From an uncultured cyanobacterium (GTDB lineage: Bacteria; Cyanobacteriota; Cyanobacteriia; Cyanobacteriales; Nostocaceae): 64,000 nucleotides of DNA. Where the stretch lies: positions 1,344,001-1,408,000 of the forward strand of contig CAVUDP010000001.1 in the NCBI GenBank assembly GCA_963740315.1. Direction: 5' to 3'. Within the stretch, counting starts at the first letter, position 1, and the number at the start of each line of letters is the position of its first letter. The position numbers and the translations under genes are program-made. The notes under the pieces were generated by a model. The model saw only the letters and a program-made list of their open reading frames with translations, did not search any database and was not told the DNA's origin. Below, one piece after another: positions 39,573 through 49,513 of the stretch.

Positions 39573-41111
39573 ATGCTTGCTAGAGTTTGGAGTGCGTCAA
39601 TTGTCGGCATCGATGCGATTAAGGTGGGTGTGGAAGTGGATGTATCGGGTGGTTTACCGGCGATTGTGATGCTAGGATTACCCGATAGTGCGGTACAGGA
39701 ATCTAAGGAAAGGGTAAAAGCAACTTTGAAAAATGCGGGTTTTGGTTTCCCGATGCGAAAGATTGTAATTAACCTGACTCCTGCCGATTTGCGTAAGGAA
39801 GGTCCTTGTTTCGATCTACCTATCAGCGTGGGTATTTTGGCGGCTTCCGACCAGGTTAATCCCGATTTACTGGGGGATTATTTATTTCTGGGGGAAGTTT
39901 CTTTAGATGGTAGTTTGCGTCCGGTAGCTGGTGTATTACCGATCGCAGCTGCGGCGCAAAATATGGGAATTACTGCTTTGGTGGTACCTGCGGATAATGC
40001 TCAAGAAGCAGCAGTTGTTAAAGGATTGCAGGTTTATGGTTTTGAAAATATTTCTGAAGTTGCCGATTTTTTAAATAATCCCGCACGCCATCAACCTGTA
40101 GAACTTGATGAAACGATAGAAACTTCGTCTGATGACGCGACACCTCTTTACAATTTGGATTTAAAGGATGTCAAAGGACAAGCTCATGCACGTCGGGCTT
40201 TAGAAATAGCTGCTGCTGGAGGTCATAATTTAATTTTTGTTGGGCCACCTGGTAGCGGTAAAACCATGTTGGCAAGGCGTTTACCTCATATTTTGCCTCC
40301 GCTGGGTTTCGATGAATCTTTGGAAGTTACCCGCATCTATTCCGTAGCTGGCTTATTAAAAAATCGCGGTAAATTAATTCGCGATCGCCCTTTTCGGAGT
40401 CCCCATCATTCGGCGAGTGGCCCTTCTTTGGTGGGTGGTGGCAGCTATCCTCGTCCCGGTGAAATCTCTTTATCACACAGAGGTGTACTTTTCCTAGATG
40501 AGTTAACAGAATTTAAAAGAGATGTATTAGAATTTCTGCGTCAACCTTTAGAAGATGGGCAAGTTACGATTTCTCGCACCAAACAATCTGTAATGTTTCC
40601 CGCACAGTTTACTTTGGTGGCGAGTACCAATCCCTGCCCTTGCGGTTTTTATGGCGATACCATCGAGCAGTGTACCTGTTCGCCGAATAAAAGAGAAAAT
40701 TATTGGGGCAAGTTATCGGGACCGTTGATGGATAGAATTGACTTACAAGTTGCTGTAAATCGTTTAAAACCTGAAGAAATTACCCAACAACCCAACGGAG
40801 AAGCATCGGAAACGGTTAGAGAAAGAGTTTTAATTGCAAGGGAGCGAGCATCTGAGCGATTTGCAAAAGAGAAAAGTTTACGTTGCAATGCTCAAATGCA
40901 AAGTCGTCATCTCCAGAAATGGTGCAAACTAGATGATGCATCTCGCAATTTATTAGAAATGGCGATTAGAAAATTAAATTTATCAGCAAGAGCTAGCGAT
41001 CGCATTTTAAAAGTAGCCAGAACTATCGCAGATTTAGCTGGTGATGAAAACTTGCAGCCCCATCATGTTGCCGAAGCCGTTCAATATCGCACCATAGATA
41101 GAATGCAATAA
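39573..41111 (+). CDS. comM: YifB/ComM family Mg-chelatase-like AAA+ ATPase
   Basis: GLPDSAVQESKERV, INLTPADLRKEG, GPPGSGKTMLA, PFRSPHH, FLDELTEF, NPCPCG, SGPLMDRID; start at MLARVW. Confidence 0.9.
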   Translation: MLARVWSASIVGIDAIKVGVEVDVSGGLPAIVMLGLPDSAVQESKERVKATLKNAGFGFPMRKIVINLTPADLRKEGPCFDLPISVGILAASDQVNPDLLGDYLFLGEVSLDGSLRPVAGVLPIAAAAQNMGITALVVPADNAQEAAVVKGLQVYGFENISEVADFLNNPARHQPVELDETIETSSDDATPLYNLDLKDVKGQAHARRALEIAAAGGHNLIFVGPPGSGKTMLARRLPHILPPLGFDESLEVTRIYSVAGLLKNRGKLIRDRPFRSPHHSASGPSLVGGGSYPRPGEISLSHRGVLFLDELTEFKRDVLEFLRQPLEDGQVTISRTKQSVMFPAQFTLVASTNPCPCGFYGDTIEQCTCSPNKRENYWGKLSGPLMDRIDLQVAVNRLKPEEITQQPNGEASETVRERVLIARERASERFAKEKSLRCNAQMQSRHLQKWCKLDDASRNLLEMAIRKLNLSARASDRILKVARTIADLAGDENLQPHHVAEAVQYRTIDRMQ

Positions 41112-41155
41112 TTAAGATTAAAGGTTAAAGGTTAAAGGTTAAAGGTAAGTTTTTT

Positions 41156-41220
41156 GTAGGGTGTGTGACGCTTTTATTAATTTTGCCAGCTAAATTATAA
41201 TTTTAAAGCGTCACGCACCA
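41156..41220. repeat. GTAG-type REP-like hairpin (copies at 43711-43774 and inverted at 51162-51193)
   Basis: GTAGGGTGTGTGACGC...GCGTCACGCACC. Confidence 0.8.
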
Positions 41221-41233
41221 ATGTTAATGAAAA

Positions 41234-41866
41234 ATGACTATTCAAACTATTCAAGCAAGAGATATCAATCTTCGTTATCTGATAGACAACTTCGGCATTG
41301 AATTAATCCGAAACGTTGACTTCTTCCCTGAATGGCAAAATGATTTACTGGAATTGAGCGAATACGAGAAACAACTGCTCGACAAAATAAAAGATGGTTA
41401 TTTCAACCTGCTTAATTATCCACCGCTACTCGAAGGAATGGTTCGTCAAGCAATAGTCGATCCATTACTTTTTATTGGTGATTTTTATCTTGCACCATTT
41501 TACGTTAAATCAGAAGAATCAATTGATATTGAAGTCCCCGACAAAGATATGATTATCAAAGGTCGGATCGATACTTTGGTGTTGTGCGATCGACTCTGGG
41601 TGATGATTATCGAATCAAAAAAAGCTTCATTCTCGATTGAAGAAGGGTTAGCGCAATTGCTGTCGTATATGCTTGGTAGTCCCATTATTGATAAACCAAC
41701 TTTTGGACTAATTGCCACAGGTAGCGAATTTATTTTTATCAAATTAGTTAAAGGTAATACGCCACAATACGGAACATCAAAAGTTTTCTCGATGCGTAAC
41801 CCCGGTAACGATCTATATGATGTATTAAAGATTTTGAAAAAATTAATTCAAATTGCCAGCATTTAA
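41234..41866 (+). CDS. Type I restriction enzyme R N-terminal-like (PD-(D/E)XK) protein
   Basis: KGRIDTLVL..LWVMIIESK..GLAQLLSYM..FGLIATGSEFIF; stand-alone cyanobacterial family. Confidence 0.75.
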   Translation: MTIQTIQARDINLRYLIDNFGIELIRNVDFFPEWQNDLLELSEYEKQLLDKIKDGYFNLLNYPPLLEGMVRQAIVDPLLFIGDFYLAPFYVKSEESIDIEVPDKDMIIKGRIDTLVLCDRLWVMIIESKKASFSIEEGLAQLLSYMLGSPIIDKPTFGLIATGSEFIFIKLVKGNTPQYGTSKVFSMRNPGNDLYDVLKILKKLIQIASI

Positions 41867-42016
41867 ACCATAATAATATTGTTTATTCTTACTGGTCACT
41901 GGTCACTGGTTACTGGTCACTGTTTCCCGCTTCCTTCTTAAGTATAATTACTTTCATCTTTACCAATAGTTGATACTAATCTAAAATAAATAAACCCCAA
42001 AGATGCAGACCTATAA

Positions 42017-43654
42017 ATGGATTGGAGTAACGTACTGCGAAGTTTACAATCTGACTTTATCAGGCGCTTGGCTGATGGTTGTTTGCTGCATTGTCAAAGT
42101 GTTGGTCAATATAGTGAGCTAAGTATCATCTCCGGGGAGAGGTTAAAACAGTTACGCGAGTTTTGCTGGGTGATGGCGGAAAAATACAAGCGTGTTTCTT
42201 CGGTGCGCGATGTTTTTATTAGCTATCTCAAAGGAAAGTTGGGTGAGGAAGTTGTAAAGGAAAGGTTGGCAGATTTTATTACCGAAGTCGATTATGAAAA
42301 ACGCTTCGGCGGTGATGGTAATGTTGATTTTACGTTGACTGCTAATCCTTTAATTGGGATTGAAGTAAAATCGCGTCACGGTTATTTTAATAAGGTACGA
42401 TGGTCTGTTTCTGTTGACGAAGTTCAAAAAAATGCGGTTATTGTTTGCGTTTTGATTCAGGAAGAGGTAAATGAAGCGCAATCTGAATATAATATGGTTT
42501 TGGCTGGGTTTTTACCAACTGAAATGATTAAGTTGAGAACTGGTAAAATCTCTTTTGGTATTGAGCAGTTATTTTATGCTGGTGGGTTACGCTCTTATTT
42601 AGAACAGTTACAGGCTTCGACAAGTTATATTTCTCCTCAGCAGCAATTATTTAATAAAGCGATAAATCAGAATTTTATTACTCAAGTAAAAATTGAAGAG
42701 AATTCAAATCAACTTTACGTTAAGCAGGGTGATGAATGTTTTAACAAACAACTTTATGATGCTGCGATCGCAAATTATTCTCAAGCCTTACAAATTCATC
42801 AAGGTGATGCTAATACTTACTATAAGCGCGGTAATGTTTTTTACTATTTGAAAGATTATAAAATGGCGATCGCAGATTTTACGGCTGCGATCGAGATTAA
42901 TCCTAATTTTGCCAAAGCTTATATCAAAAGCGGCTTGACTCGATATAAATTAGCCGATTATTACGGAGCAATTGAAGATTATACTCAAGCGATTAGAATT
43001 AATTCCTACGATGCGATCGCTTTTCAAAACCGTGGTGATGTTCGTTCTTTTCTTGGAGATAGTCAAGGTGCAATTGAAGATTATACTCAAGCTAGAAAAA
43101 CCAATCCTCATGTATTAGAAAAAAAATTAGAAAAACAGCAAATTACTTCTAATATTGAGGATACTCATACTCCAACAGATAATAATAACGGTAATTCACA
43201 ACGCGAAAATTACCAACGAGCTATTGAAGTTTTTACCCAGGTAATCGAAATCAATCCCTCGGATGCAATTGGTTACAAAAAGCGCGGTAATGCACGTTTT
43301 GATTTGGGAGATTATAGAAGAGCAATTGAAGATTTTACCTCTTCTATTCAGATAAATCCTTATGATGCGGATGCTTATTTTTATCGGGGAAATGCTTTTT
43401 ACGAGTTGGGAAATAAATCCGAAGCAATTGAAGATTACACCCAAGCAATTAAAATAAATGCCAACGATGCAGATGTTTATATAAATCGCGGTAATGTACG
43501 GGATGAATTAGGAGATACCCAAGGTGCGATCGCTGATTTTCAGGTAGCAGCAGATTTATATCAAAAAGCCGGTAAAGTGCAAGAACATAAGGATACTAGA
43601 GAAAAGATTTTAGATTTGGAAATTGAAGAATCTTTAGATGTGTTGGATTTTTAA
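42017..43654 (+). CDS. TPR-repeat protein with N-terminal nuclease-like domain
   Basis: About 8 TPRs (AY..RG....LGD...AIEDYTQAI.IN); N-terminal GKLGEE..GGDGNVDF..IEVKSR. Confidence 0.85.
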   Translation: MDWSNVLRSLQSDFIRRLADGCLLHCQSVGQYSELSIISGERLKQLREFCWVMAEKYKRVSSVRDVFISYLKGKLGEEVVKERLADFITEVDYEKRFGGDGNVDFTLTANPLIGIEVKSRHGYFNKVRWSVSVDEVQKNAVIVCVLIQEEVNEAQSEYNMVLAGFLPTEMIKLRTGKISFGIEQLFYAGGLRSYLEQLQASTSYISPQQQLFNKAINQNFITQVKIEENSNQLYVKQGDECFNKQLYDAAIANYSQALQIHQGDANTYYKRGNVFYYLKDYKMAIADFTAAIEINPNFAKAYIKSGLTRYKLADYYGAIEDYTQAIRINSYDAIAFQNRGDVRSFLGDSQGAIEDYTQARKTNPHVLEKKLEKQQITSNIEDTHTPTDNNNGNSQRENYQRAIEVFTQVIEINPSDAIGYKKRGNARFDLGDYRRAIEDFTSSIQINPYDADAYFYRGNAFYELGNKSEAIEDYTQAIKINANDADVYINRGNVRDELGDTQGAIADFQVAADLYQKAGKVQEHKDTREKILDLEIEESLDVLDF

Positions 43655-43881
43655 CAATTATCAATTATCAATTATCAATTATCAATTATTAGTTAAGAGA
43701 GAATAGTCTTGTAGGGTGTGTGACGCTTCAATAAATTTTGTTGGTAATTTAATCGCTTTTTGCGTCACGCACCATCGGTAAATTGTGAAAATAATGACGC
43801 TATTGCACGATGCACCGTTAAGGTAAATCCTAAGTTTTTAATAATAAATATTGAGGTGATACTTTATTCTTTAACTTCAAA

Positions 43882-44283
43882 CTAATTATTAGGGAAAAAT
43901 AAAGCAGGTGAAAGATGGAACAATTCTGCACTCCTTTGGATATGTTCAGTCGTCATTTTTCGTTTACCTTTGAGTACATCAGAAACAATAGACTCAGTTT
44001 TGAAAATAGGAATTAAATCTTTTTGCTTCAAACCTAATTCCACCATTAAAGCTTTGATAAGCTCTATTCCATAAATATCTGGAACTAAATCTTCTTTTTC
44101 TTCGTATTCTTCAATTAATATCCCTAATAAATGTAAATAGTCTTCTTCATCTTCTGTTAGTTCTCTTTTATCAAGTAAATTACCAACAATTTCTTGAATT
44201 TTTTCTAAATCTTCTTCAGTTTTTATCGGACGTGGAGGAAAAGAAATAAGTAACTCTGTGTAGTTATTTTGATAATATGACAT
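43882..44283 (-). CDS. HigA-like HTH antitoxin/regulator
   Basis: FPPRPIKTEE, LLGILIEEYEE, GLKQKDL..IFKTESIVSDVL.GKR. Confidence 0.85.
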   Translation of the reverse strand: MSYYQNNYTELLISFPPRPIKTEEDLEKIQEIVGNLLDKRELTEDEEDYLHLLGILIEEYEEKEDLVPDIYGIELIKALMVELGLKQKDLIPIFKTESIVSDVLKGKRKMTTEHIQRSAELFHLSPALFFPNN

Positions 44284-44363
44284 TTCCGCAAAATTCCCAA
44301 AAAAAAATAGGAGCTAGATAACTCCTAACTCCCGGATAGACGTAGCAGTGCTACGTCTCTACA

Positions 44364-45353
44364 TTAATAACCGCCTTCTTCTTCGTATTCTGGCTGTTTT
44401 TCTTTGACTTTTTTAGGAATAACAATTGGCTGTGGTGCTTCTTCGTCTTCCCAAGCGTCTTTTTCTAAGTCGTCGTCGTAGGTTTCGTAGTCTTCTGTAT
44501 ATGCTTTAGTTGGGAAGGGTTGGACTGGTGGTGGTGTTTGATACCTGTCTTTACCTGTAGCTTCGCTCCAGTTGTCGGCTTCGTCTTCTTCGTAGCGGAT
44601 GCTTTCTTCTTCGTAAGGACGTGCTTCCATGACGCGACGACGTGGGGCTTCTTCGTAAGCGTCGTCTTCTGTCCAAACTTCTTCTGCTACGGGTTCTGGG
44701 CGGCGTATTCTAACTTGCGGTGCTTCTAAGGGTACTCCCGATGGGAGCTGATTTTCTGGTGCTACGGTGCGCGGAGTAATGTTGTAACCATCTTCTTCAC
44801 GTTCCCAAGGTGCTTTTCCAATACCCAAACGTTCTAGTACACCAACGCTTAATTGAGTTACTCGTTCTTCTGCTCCTTCAAATACTATCAGTCTATTGGG
44901 ACCGACGCTGACTACTTCGTCCATTGATAGTTCGTAGGTGCTGAGAATTTGGTCGGGTATTTGTGGTAATCCTAAAGAAGCAATGACTATGGAAGAAATC
45001 CTACCGCCGATGCCGTCAAATTTGAAGCCGCGTACTCTTCCAAGTACTTCTCCGGCTTCTGTAATTACTTCCCAGTTGACTAAATTGCTGTAAAGTTGGG
45101 TGTCGATGTCTTCAATTACATCTTCGTTATTAACCAAAATTACGTCGCCAATTTGGTCAATGCTGCTTAAATACATATAGCGGGGTATTCCAGAAACGGA
45201 GATCAGGCTATCTCGTAAACCAAGTGCCACAACCTCTCGTCTATCAATATCAACCCACAGTTGATTGACAATGCCGAGCCTTCTCCCGTTGTCGCGGGTG
45301 ATGACTTGGCTGTTTAAAATGTCCGAGCGTCTTATAATTTGTTCAGAGGTCAT
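44364..45353 (-). CDS. PRC-barrel domain protein with acidic tail
   Basis: Two PRC-like repeats (VITRDNGRRLG; VITEAGEVLGRV); directly downstream of smc. Confidence 0.85.
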   Translation of the reverse strand: MTSEQIIRRSDILNSQVITRDNGRRLGIVNQLWVDIDRREVVALGLRDSLISVSGIPRYMYLSSIDQIGDVILVNNEDVIEDIDTQLYSNLVNWEVITEAGEVLGRVRGFKFDGIGGRISSIVIASLGLPQIPDQILSTYELSMDEVVSVGPNRLIVFEGAEERVTQLSVGVLERLGIGKAPWEREEDGYNITPRTVAPENQLPSGVPLEAPQVRIRRPEPVAEEVWTEDDAYEEAPRRRVMEARPYEEESIRYEEDEADNWSEATGKDRYQTPPPVQPFPTKAYTEDYETYDDDLEKDAWEDEEAPQPIVIPKKVKEKQPEYEEEGGY

Positions 45354-45411
45354 TATATACCGAGTCCCGATCTCGAATCCGGTTTATCTATACACTATTA
45401 TTAACAGATAC

Positions 45412-48400
45412 TCAAGCAGAAGTATTGTCGGTTTTTAACTTAATCCCTAAAACTTGTGTATAAGCTCCACGGGCTTGAGTAACTCCGATTGTACGTTCGG
45501 CTGATTCTATCATTGGACGGCGCAAGCTTACAACTATAAATTGTGCTTGTTGAGCCTGTTGCTTAATCATTTTAGCTAATCGTTCTACGTTTGCCCCGTC
45601 TAAAAACATATCTACTTCATCAAATGCGTAAAATGGCGATGGGCGATACCTTTGTAGGGCAAAAATAAAGCTTAATGCTGTTAATGATTTTTCTCCCCCT
45701 GACATGGATGCTAATCGTTGTACTGGTTTTCCTTTGGGGTGCGCGACTAAGTTTAAGCCGCTGCTAAACGGATCTTCATGATTATCTAATTGTAAGTAAC
45801 CATCGCCGTCGGAAAGGGTGGCGAAAATTGATTGAAAGTTTTCGTTTACTGCGTCAAAGGCTTGTTTAAATGCTCTTTGTCGTAAAGTGGTAAAGTTTTC
45901 AATTCTTAATAATAATTCAGTTCGTTCTGCTTCTAATGTTTCTAGTTTATCGGTAAGTTCTTCTAAACGTTGCTGGGTGCGATCGTATTGTTCCAAAGCC
46001 AACATATTAACGGGTTCCATCGCTTGTAGCCGTTTGGAAAGAGATTTTAATTCTTTTTGTAGTTCTTCTAAATCTACTTTTTCGGGTACTTCTGGTAGAG
46101 GATTCGGCAATTCTCCGGAAATTGTTTGTAATTCTGCTAGCACTCTATCCAATTCTTCGCGGCGGTTTTGTTGGCTTTCTTGCAGCTTTTGCACTTCCCA
46201 TTCCAACTGCTGTTGTCGTAATAATAATTGCCGCAGTTGTGCTTCTACAGCATCGCGTTTTTGTTTTTCTTCGCCTAAATTCGCTTCCATTTCCCGAATA
46301 CGTTTGTGAATTTCGGAAATAGCTGTTGTTAACGCTGCTTCTTGCTCTTTGAGACTGTTAATTTGATTTTGTCGCTCTACTTGCAGAAGCTGATATTCTT
46401 CAACTCTTCGCACTCCTTCAGTAATTTTTTCTTGCAATACCTGCTGTTGAACTTCGACATTTTTTAATTTTTCTTGAGCTTCTCTTAAAGCTGCGTCTTG
46501 TTGCTGCAACAGAACTTCTTGACTTTTTATTGTTGCTTGAATTTGCTGCCATTCGCTTGGTGTTTGCGATTCTTCCAACTCCGCTAATTCATGACGCAGT
46601 TGTTGCAATTGTTGCTCTTGTGTCGGTAATTCCCGCTCTAATATTTCCAAACGAGATTGAGCGGTATTTAATTTTTCTGTATTCTGCGTAAGTTGATGAG
46701 TCGCATCTTCGACTCGCTTATTTAAACTTCCAACTTCTCTTTGTAACTGTTCCACTCGTAACTGCTGTTCTCTTTTACCCTGGCGAGTTTCGGTAAGTTG
46801 AGTAGATAATTCTTTTGTTCTTTCTCCAAGAGTAATAATTGCTTGATTACAGCGTTGTAAAACTCGTTCAATTTCAATCAAACGGTTTCTCAAAGCTTTG
46901 ACTTCTTCAGATTCCGTCGCTTCCACCGTACCAAAACGCAAAGTCGATCGCCCATTAACGCTACCACCAGTCATTGCACCGCTGGTTTCTAACAATTCCC
47001 CTTCTAAAGTAACGATGCGGACTTTCCCTAAATGATTTCTGGCTAAATCAATATTTTCAAAAACAGCAGTATTGCCGAAAACATAAGCAAACACATCATC
47101 AAAACGGGGTTCGCGATCGATTAAATTCACTGCATAATCGACAAAACCATTGGCATATCGTAGATTACCAGATTCATTAATACGCGGCGATCGAATTTTG
47201 TTTAAAGGTAAAAAAGTTGCTCTCCCGGCACGTCTTTGCTTGAGTAATTGAATTCCAGCCGCACCAACGCTGTCATCTTCTACCACAATTTGTCCCAAAC
47301 GTCCACCAGCAGCGATTTCCAAAGCTAGCTGAAAATTAGGCTCTACCCTTCCCAACTCCGCTACCAAACCACAAACGCCAGGTAAACCCGATTGTAAAAT
47401 AATTTTACTTGCATTGGTTCCTTGGGCTTCTTGCTGTGCTTGCGTTTGCGCTTCCAACTTATCAAGAGTTCGCTGTTTATCCCTTTGCTCTTGCAACAAC
47501 CGCTTCTGAGTTTGCTGCTGAATATCTAATTCCTGTTCCGTTGCGGCTAAATTCTCCGCTAAATCTTGAATTGGTGCGACGGTAGAATTAAATCCGGCTT
47601 CAAATTGACTTACCTGACTTTGTTTTTCTGCTAACTGCGGCTCTAAACTTTGAACTAACTCGGTTTGTTCCTGTATTTGTTGCTGTAATTGATTATTTCT
47701 TTCCCGTAACTGCGCTCTCTCGCTGCGTTGGGGTTCCAAAGTTTGCAGCACAGTTTCGATTTGACGGTTTAAATTAGTTTGTTGTACCACCCAAGCTTCC
47801 GAAGCAGAAGCAATTTCCGCAGCAGTTTCGCGAGATTTATCTAAATTTTCGCGCATTGATTGCCGCTGTTGTTGTAAAGAAGCAGCAGACAGCGTTTCCG
47901 CATCCTTTTGTTGAGCAAATTCTGTTAGAGAACCTTGATATTGCCCGATTTCCTGCTGAGTTTGGGTTATTTTTGCGCCAGTTTCCGCAATTACCGTCTG
48001 TAATTCCCTTTGACGACGCTGTGTTTGCTTACATTCCGCATCTTGAGTCGCTAAATTCGACTGTACAGCTAAAAGTTCTTCCTCACCCAAAGCCTTTACA
48101 CGAGCATTTAATTCCTCAAGCTCCTTTTGCTTAGCTTGAATATCGGCATTCACCACACCCAACTGCTGAGTGTTTTCTGTGAATTGGCGATCGCCATCTT
48201 GAATTTGCTTCGATAATCTTTCTTGATGCCCCTGCAAAGTGCGCCATGACAGCACAACTTCCCACTTCTGCTTTTCGAGAAAATCGATTCGCAATCTTTG
48301 GTATTTTTCCGCCTTCGCTTTATCTTGAGAAAGCCTTTCGCACTGCGCGGTTAACTCCGTCTCAATAATCCGACAGCTATCAACATTATCTTTAACTTCT

Positions 48401-49131
48401 TCTAAAGTCTTCTTAGCTTGATTAATTTTGCGATCGAAAGTTGCAACCCCAGCCAACTCATCAACAATTTCTCGTCTTTCACGAGCTTTCATTGAAATAA
48501 TATCGGTAACGTCACCTTGCAGAACAACGTTATATCCTTCCGGGTTTATACGGATAGTACTTAACTCTTCTTGTAGCTCAGTTAAGTTACAGGCAATTCC
48601 GTTAATGTAATAACTTGATGAATAAGTTCCTTGCTTAGTCACCCTTAACCTACGGGTAACGCTCCATTCTTCACCCGGTTTAGCGCGGATTTGTTCGCGA
48701 CGATTTTTAATTTCCTCGTCTTCGTCTTCGTCTTCGTCTTTCTCTTCTTCCTCTTCTTCCTGGGTTTCTTCTGCTTCCTCTTCTACAGATTCCTCAATGG
48801 TGGTTTCATCTACCTCATCAACCACAACAGAAATCGGCTCATCATTATCATCGGAATTATAATCCGACAAATCAAAAGTCACCGTCACGCTAGCTTCCAC
48901 AGTCGCACGCGCCTTCGTTACCTGATTGGTATTTACCAAATCGGGGAGTCTGTCAGCACGCATACCCTTAGAGCTAGAAAGCCCCAAACAAAACAGCAGC
49001 GCATCAAGAATATTCGACTTACCCGAACCGTTAGGACCAGAAATCACCGTAAACTCCGGCAGTAACGGTACGGAAGTAGTACCACCGAAAGACTTGAAAT
49101 TGGTGAGTTCCACGCGCTTTATATGAACCAT
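45412..49131 (-). CDS. smc: Chromosome segregation protein SMC
   Basis: NFKSF, GPNGSGKSNILDA, VLQG, hinge GRATFLPL, MSGGEKS, FDEVD, long coiled coils. Confidence 0.98.
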   Translation of the reverse strand: MVHIKRVELTNFKSFGGTTSVPLLPEFTVISGPNGSGKSNILDALLFCLGLSSSKGMRADRLPDLVNTNQVTKARATVEASVTVTFDLSDYNSDDNDEPISVVVDEVDETTIEESVEEEAEETQEEEEEEKDEDEDEDEEIKNRREQIRAKPGEEWSVTRRLRVTKQGTYSSSYYINGIACNLTELQEELSTIRINPEGYNVVLQGDVTDIISMKARERREIVDELAGVATFDRKINQAKKTLEEVKDNVDSCRIIETELTAQCERLSQDKAKAEKYQRLRIDFLEKQKWEVVLSWRTLQGHQERLSKQIQDGDRQFTENTQQLGVVNADIQAKQKELEELNARVKALGEEELLAVQSNLATQDAECKQTQRRQRELQTVIAETGAKITQTQQEIGQYQGSLTEFAQQKDAETLSAASLQQQRQSMRENLDKSRETAAEIASASEAWVVQQTNLNRQIETVLQTLEPQRSERAQLRERNNQLQQQIQEQTELVQSLEPQLAEKQSQVSQFEAGFNSTVAPIQDLAENLAATEQELDIQQQTQKRLLQEQRDKQRTLDKLEAQTQAQQEAQGTNASKIILQSGLPGVCGLVAELGRVEPNFQLALEIAAGGRLGQIVVEDDSVGAAGIQLLKQRRAGRATFLPLNKIRSPRINESGNLRYANGFVDYAVNLIDREPRFDDVFAYVFGNTAVFENIDLARNHLGKVRIVTLEGELLETSGAMTGGSVNGRSTLRFGTVEATESEEVKALRNRLIEIERVLQRCNQAIITLGERTKELSTQLTETRQGKREQQLRVEQLQREVGSLNKRVEDATHQLTQNTEKLNTAQSRLEILERELPTQEQQLQQLRHELAELEESQTPSEWQQIQATIKSQEVLLQQQDAALREAQEKLKNVEVQQQVLQEKITEGVRRVEEYQLLQVERQNQINSLKEQEAALTTAISEIHKRIREMEANLGEEKQKRDAVEAQLRQLLLRQQQLEWEVQKLQESQQNRREELDRVLAELQTISGELPNPLPEVPEKVDLEELQKELKSLSKRLQAMEPVNMLALEQYDRTQQRLEELTDKLETLEAERTELLLRIENFTTLRQRAFKQAFDAVNENFQSIFATLSDGDGYLQLDNHEDPFSSGLNLVAHPKGKPVQRLASMSGGEKSLTALSFIFALQRYRPSPFYAFDEVDMFLDGANVERLAKMIKQQAQQAQFIVVSLRRPMIESAERTIGVTQARGAYTQVLGIKLKTDNTSA

Positions 49132-49513
49132 AGGCGCAGGTTAATACAGGGGTTTAACGTTCAAGTGTACCAGTGAAAGACCCATTAGAGTTAAGGAATT
49201 TTAAATTATTGAAACACCCAATATATAGGAAGTTGATACCGACTTTAATAAAGATATTGTAGCGACACCCAGAATATACGTAATTAATTGTGTATCTTTA
49301 AATCAGTTGGCAGCGAACATGATGAAGATTGATGTCGAAGCTCGGTTGAATAATTCGCTTTACGATCGCAAAATAATTCGCGTAACAATCTTATTGAAAT
49401 TGGATCTATCAACGCTCAGAATCGATATCAACAAGCCGCTCAAGGAGTGAGTTGGTTTTTTCCGTTTCTGAAATAAGTCGATCTAATCGGTCTTTAATAT
49501 CAAAGATAGCTAA

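Noticed and set aside
39573..41111. comM as an interrupted integration site
   Set aside because: The reading frame is complete, with no integrase or att duplication nearby
45887..49126. Plus-strand ORFs antisense to smc, including the Phe-rich 124-aa ORF
   Set aside because: Shadows of the coiled-coil and acidic codons of smc
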